A DNA stretch of 64,000 bases, taken from NCBI RefSeq assembly GCF_009914755.1, contig NC_060935.1; one strand, given 5' to 3'. The notes beneath the pieces were generated by a model that saw nothing but the letters and a program-made list of their open reading frames with translations, made no database searches and was not told the DNA's origin. This document shows, piece by piece, positions 57,424 through 64,000 of this stretch (position 1 is its first letter; each line of letters opens with the position of its first letter). The position numbers and the translations under genes are program-made. This stretch comes from the human T2T-CHM13v2.0 reference genome, Homo sapiens.

Positions 57424-58850
57424 TCCCTAAATAAAATTTCCTCCTTCTTTCTGTCTGAAAGTGGCTCAGGGAATCACTGACTACTATTTCATATGAAATA
57501 CTCAACACAAAAAGGCAAGCTAGTGCCTCCTACTGGTCCCGCTGATAAAGTACATATCCTTGAGACAGTGTATCACAGAGCTGTTAAGTGGGGAATCCAG
57601 GATCAGGGAGTTCTCATGACTTTAGAGCCTGTGTACCATCTACCATACTCCAACATTCTTTACAAGCATTATCATGAGGGTATTTCAGCGGTCCATGTAG
57701 ATTACTTGGTAATGTTGGGCTGGGACTTAAAATTTGACCCTCAGTTTACTAATAAGGTTTTAAAGAAGCCAGACACTCATATCACACCAGGATAAAATGC
57801 TACCTTTCCAAACGAGATTACTTCAAAGCCTTAATGCATCTGGGGAAACAGAGGGTAACCCTGGGGGATATGTAATATTGACTAGACCAAATGCCAGAGA
57901 TTAGGAGCAGGGAGAGAGTAGTGAAAGTACAGAGGAGACAGGAAACAATTAAAGTTATTAAACAATAATTCTTCAAGGAATCCCTTACATGGAGTATATT
58001 TATTTCCACCTTAAACATAATTTTCCAAAATCTAAAGCAAAAGACCTTTTTACTCCATTAGCATTTCTTTCTCGATTTCCAATAAAAAAGATCAGCTGAA
58101 AAGATCAGCCAGTAACATCTACAATAATAAAACAATCTCAGCCACCTTTAAGCAATGTACATAATAATCATATTTAAAGTCTATATATAGAAGGTGGTCT
58201 GCTTGTCCATGTGAAGACACAGGTATTTAGACAATCAATCCAGATTAAATTATTAAAGTAATAAATAACAATTGAGAACCAACTGAAATAATAGTAGGTG
58301 CTAAATAGTAGCAGCACTTAGAAAGTCAACTGCCCTTAAAATAAGCAGAAAACCAAAAGCCCATCACACAGCAGCTGAGATCTGAGTGAATTTTGAGGGT
58401 AAAATTGTGTGGGGTATGCAATGAAATCAGTGCCACCAAGTCAAGTTTATGGCAATCTTCTAATCAGAGGCTTTATTGGCAAAGGAAAGGAAGATTCTTT
58501 ACATGAAAGGAAGGTTCTATTGTAATGATGTCCATGGAATTGGAACTAAAACTAAAATAGCTAAAGGACCAAAATGGTCATTCTTGCTTTAAGGGTTCCC
58601 AAGTCTCCTTCCTAACATTTCTCTTTCTCCCTGCACAGCAGTTCCAATCTCCACAGTATGGATGTGCTGTTAATTACAGGTGTCTTTCAACATAAGCACC
58701 CAGAATCAATCAGAACTTCTCTTTGAGTCTCTTAGCCTAAATTCCACTCCCCACCAAAAAAAAAAAAAAGGATTTGATTGATTCAAATGTTATCATTTCT
58801 CTTTGTGTAGAGTCTTTCACACAAGACCATGATGAAGGCCACTAGGTACC

Positions 58851-59405
58851 TGTGATGGTTAATATTGAGTGTCAACTTGATTGGATTGAAAGATGCAAAG
58901 TTTTGTTCCTGGTGTGTCTGTGAGGGTGTTGCCAAAGGAGATTAACATTTGAGTCAGTGGACTGGGAAAGGCAGACCCACCCTCAATTTGGGTGGGCATA
59001 ATCTAATTGGCTGCCAGCATGGCTAGAATAAAGCCGGCAGAAGAAGGTGGAAAGAGCTGACTTGCTGAGTCTTCTGGCCTTCATCTTTCTCCTGTGCTGG
59101 ACGTTTCCTGCCCTTGAACATTGGACTCCAAGTTCTTCAGCATTTGGACTCTTGGTCTTACACTAGTGAGTATAAATGACTCTTGGACTTAACATCAGTG
59201 AGTCCACAGACTGAAGCCTGCACTGTCAGCTTCTCTACTTTTGAGGCTTTGGGACTCGGAGTGGCTCCCTTGCTCCCCAGCTTGCAGATGGCCTATTGTG
59301 GGACCTTACCTTGTGATCATATGAGTCAATACTCCTTAATAAACTCTGCTTCACTTACACATCTATCCTATTAGTTCTGTTCCCCTATAGAATCCTAACT
59401 AATAC
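58851..59405 (+). mobile_element. MLT2A LTR
   Basis: tgtgatggttaatattgagtgtcaacttgattggattgaa...gaatcctaactaatac. Confidence 0.9.
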
Positions 59406-61494
59406 CCCAACAGTACACTTCTGGGTACCCTAATGATAGGCTGCCTTTGAAAGCAGGATACAACCATTGTCTCTTCAGTGACTTCCCAGGAGCAAAGAAC
59501 AGCCTGATACTATTACTTTTTAGCAAAGGAGAGATTGAAAGACGGTTTAATCTAGAAAGAGAAGCTGACAATGACAGGCAGATTGATTTCCATATCTGAA
59601 ACAAATATTTTTCTGAAGTCAGAACTAAGAATTTAGTGGCCTTGAAAAGCTCTAAGTAGTTTTTCTGTATTTGAAGAAAAAAGAAGTGATTCATCCTTTT
59701 GAAGATAGGCATATTGATCTGAATTCAGTCAATTTTGTGGGCATTGGCCCCAACATATACCTATTATTTGCCACTGTCATCAGTATGCTGAACAAACAGG
59801 ACTCACAGAGTGAGATCCTAAAAGCAACTTTATTTTGCTCTCCCATTGTCCCTGTGAATTTGCTAAAAGGAAGCTGTCCTTCTCCTGCCACTGGATGGAA
59901 ATCTATCAGGCTACATGGCCTGATGTATCAATGGTCACTTTGGGTAACAAAGTTTTCATTATCACTTCACAAGCACAATAGTAACCAAAAACCTTCAGTC
60001 TCTACTACATAAGCACAACAGTAACCAAAAACTGCCAGTCCCTACTAATAACAAAAGTTTCAATCAAACCTGAGTCAATATTAAACATATCCCATCCTTG
60101 GAGGAGTGGAGGTATAATTCTTTAACTCTCTCTCCCCATCTGGGATTTCTATTCCCTGTTCCTAGGTCACTGCTCCTTCTGGATTAGAATACAGAGTGGG
60201 AAAAGAGGAAGAGCCAAAGGAAATGGGTACATCCTCTCAGGACATGATAGCTGTTTGACAGTGACTCTTTTCTAAGCATGTGTCTGTGCTCTTTCAGAGG
60301 CACCTCTGCTGGGACCCTCCAACCATAATTCCATTGTCATGGGGAATGCATCTCTGGAGGCAGGCTTTCTTTATTTAACACTATATACCTCAAATCTCTG
60401 TAAAGAACTGTATTGAGCAGGAGCCTTTATTAAATAGACATTCCTAAGGTGAGGTTCCCATTCTGGCCCCAGAATTTTTGCCACATTGGCCCAATATTGG
60501 TGGGTGGAGAGGGTGGAGGGAGAGCAGTTGCTTTCTAGTTCCATTCCTCTACTTTGAAGCCACAGGAAGATTTAGATAACTTCTTCACTTTTAGCTTTCT
60601 CAGGCATGAGTCAGATATTAGTCACTGTATCTAACAATTCTAGGGACTGTTCATGAAGCTCTCTGAATGATCCCACTTAATCCTCCCTCCCTTGAATTCG
60701 AAATAAGGAGCACATACCTCTCCACCTTGCCTCCTTAGCAACAGGATATAGGGTGGGAAGTTTATACAACCTCCTCCAAAGCATTCCTCTTCATAAAATA
60801 TTCTCATTTTCAAACACCCACATTTTTTTAAATCCCTTACTGACAGTGAGGCTCTCTGAGAATTTTTTGGCCATCTACTTTGAAATTCCTAAAGGATGGT
60901 CTGACTCACTTTGATATCTGAAATTTACTACATCTTGATGTCTTGAAACTTTGATTCTAACATCCTATTATACTGCCTAATACATTATAGGAAATCAATT
61001 GATCAAAAATGAAAAGAAACATAATGCTTATGATTTTCATTTTTGCCCTATCTTTATTCCAGTGTTAGAAACTTCCTTCACCTGTACACTGACCTGCAGA
61101 TCATTCTTGAGTTATCTATTCTTGATGGTCTCAAAAGAAATGTAGTGGGGGAGTTCTAGGACATGACACATGCAGGAAACTGAAATGGAAATGATATCCA
61201 GATAGACACAGTGCTGCTGCGAGATGACTGCTTCTCCACTGAAATGCAATTTCACTGTCTCCTAAATTACATTTTCCCCCACCAATTCACTTAATATGCA
61301 CCTTCAGAATGCTGTCTCGGAATTTAATTTTCCTCTGGGCAAAATGTTACATTCTCATCTATCCTTGAGCATGTTTTATGCCCTTTTTTATTTTCTTAAA
61401 TAAATGTTGGGACAAAGACAAATGAGCAGAAGCTGCAAGAAGGCGCATGGGCCAGTGAGTGAAAAAGGGAGAGAGACAAAGCCATTTTGGGAAC

Positions 61495-61880
61495 TGTCTT
61501 ACTTAACTCAGACTTTCATAACAAATACCATAGAACGGGTGGTTTAAGCAACAGAAATTTATTTTATCACTGCTCTGGAGGCTAGAAGTTCCAAATCAGG
61601 GTGCTGGCTAATTTGCTTCCCGGTAAAAGATCTTTTCCTAATTTGCCACCTTCTCTCTGTGTCTTCACATGGCAAGGAGATACAGAGACAGAGAGAGAGA
61701 GCAAGCTCTCTCTTGTCTCTTCTTATCAGGATACTAATACTTTCAGATCAAAGCCCCATCCTTATGACCTCATTTAACCTTAATTACCTCCATAAAGGCC
61801 CTATCTCCAAATACAGTCACATTGGGGGTTGTGGCTTCAAAACAGGAATTTTGAGAAGCACAAACATTCAGTTCACAGCA
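61495..61880 (-). mobile_element. MLT1A/MST-type LTR
   Basis: cataacaaataccatagaac...aaacattcagttcacagca. Confidence 0.8.
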
Positions 61881-62043
61881 GGAATGATTATATAACCAGC
61901 TAGTTTAGCATTATTTTGCTCAATGTTGTGATAAGACTAGCAGTCTCTATAGCAGGAATGGCTAAATGCTCAGGCTCCATCGTGCTGCATTTCTTCTAGT
62001 GAATCACAAGCCATATCAGGGTTAACTTTAAGATTATGTAACC

Positions 62044-62561
62044 TGTGGCGGTAAGCAGGATAATGACCCACAAAGATATCTATGCTCTGAACACTGGAAT
62101 CTGTGAATGTATTACCCTATATGGCAAAAGGGACTTGGCAGATATGATGACCTTGAGATGGAGAGATTATCCTGAATTATCCAAGTGGCTCCAATATTTT
62201 ACAAGTGTCCTTAAAAGTGGAAGAGAGAGGCAGAAGAGTTGCATCACAGAGAAATGTGACTAAGAAAGAAGGTGAGAGATGCAATGTAAGAAGAAATTAA
62301 CCTGCCATTGCTGGCTTTGAAGATGGAGAAAGAAAGCCACAAATCAAAGAATATGGGTAGCCTCTGGAAGTTGGAAAAGGAAATTGGTTCTCCTCTAAAG
62401 CATCCAGAAAGAAACACAACCTGATTGGTACCTTCATTTTAGCCCACTGAGGCCTTTATTGGACTTCTAATCTACAGAATAGCAAGATGATAAATTTGAG
62501 TTTCTTATAAGCTACCAAGTTTTTAATAATTTATAATAGCAACAATAGAAAACTGATACAC
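62044..62561 (+). mobile_element. MLT1D LTR
   Basis: ggataatgacccacaaagat...gcaacaatagaaaactgataca. Confidence 0.85.
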
Positions 62562-62961
62562 ATGTTAAAAGTTCTCACCCTCCTCCTCCTCAAAAAGTGG
62601 GTCTAACTCTTCCAGTCAAGATCCATAACCCAAATCTCAATTTACATGGGATTTACCTCCAGCTACACACCAGCACCACTAACTAAACTCATGATACATG
62701 GAACCTGAATCAGAGCAGTTTATGAGCTGTCTACACAATTCAGTCATAGCTTACAAAACAAATAGACTGGGGAAAGTGAAAACTTATTTGTTTTAAAAGC
62801 TAACGATGTTTTCAGGAGATAATTTATTGTTTGTTACTGATGCTAAGTCCTCTAGACTACAAGCATTTCTTGAGGATAGGGACCACTACTTGTTTGCAAT
62901 TCCATCTTCAGAACCTAAGAGTTCAATGCTTCACACACAGTAGATGCTCAAAAATCACTAG

Positions 62962-63296
<335 letters not shown>

Positions 63297-64000
63297 CTAG
63301 TTGAATATTAAAATAACTATCATAGACTCTAACTGGAATTTGACAGGATATGCCTTAAGGCACTTTATGATTTTTCACTCTTGACTTCATTTTACTATAA
63401 ATAAAGCTATTGCATTTGTCAAAAAATTTTCAGTTTACAAGAACTAGAAACCCAAGCAAGTGAAGAAATTTGTAGGATGCATAATTAATAAGGGCCAGCA
63501 TGGTGCCAGCTTTAAGAATTCCTAAGTTCAAAATAGTTCTTGCACTAGGTCTTCAGGATCTTCTCTCTTGTTTGAATAATGTTTCATGACTAAAATTTAA
63601 AATAGATATTAATAAACTGGGCAATCTTGATTATTCTATTTCATTCTAATGGCTTACTTTTCCTAAGAGAATGTCACTTGCTCACCCAGAGAAAACAACA
63701 TTAAAATGTGTTTCCACCTACAAATCTGAAAGATCTCTCCAAAGATACACAAACAAAATAGAATTTGTCATATCCACACTTAAAGATATTCATTTCCCAC
63801 ACTTAAAGTCAGCAGATATAGAAAATTATTTTGTAAGATTGATCATTATAATATTGGATTGAATATTCCATGGGTGAAAGCATCTATCTTCTTTCCTCTC
63901 CTGTAGACTTTAGCAACAATGGAAACTATGCCAAATATAATACAGATGTTCTATCCTCTAACATCCTATAATGTAACAAGATAATTTACTAGTCACTGTG

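Overview
Repeat-rich primate genomic DNA, almost certainly human 11p14.1. It contains one protein-coding gene, FSHB (follicle-stimulating hormone beta subunit; + strand; TSS about 47202; three exons; 129-aa CDS at 48089-48247 + 49756-49986). About 47 kb of upstream and 13 kb of downstream DNA is mostly Alu, L1, L2, MIR, MaLR/ERV LTR and DNA-transposon relics, with a few unique islands. One island is the known distal FSHB enhancer at about -26 kb. The sequence appears to carry the fertility-associated minor haplotype: T at -211 (rs10835638), and a perfect SF-1 site TCAAGGTCA in the enhancer (rs11031006-A by recalled spacing). Less obvious structures: an old L1 with an apparent ~250-bp 3' transduction bounded by a 16-bp TSD; a twin-primed inverted L1PA2-like insertion; a MER85 piggyBac MITE carrying tandem SF-1-type motifs about 1 kb from a strong CTCF motif; a ~125-bp templated duplication pasted into a MIR; an LTR8-family solo LTR with an AP-1 site 3-4 kb from the promoter; and several tandem duplications that multiply forkhead/GATA motifs. 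No prokaryote-type system (CRISPR etc.) is present. All other ORFs in the track look spurious. Repeat subfamily names and SNP identities come from memory of consensus sequences, not from a search.
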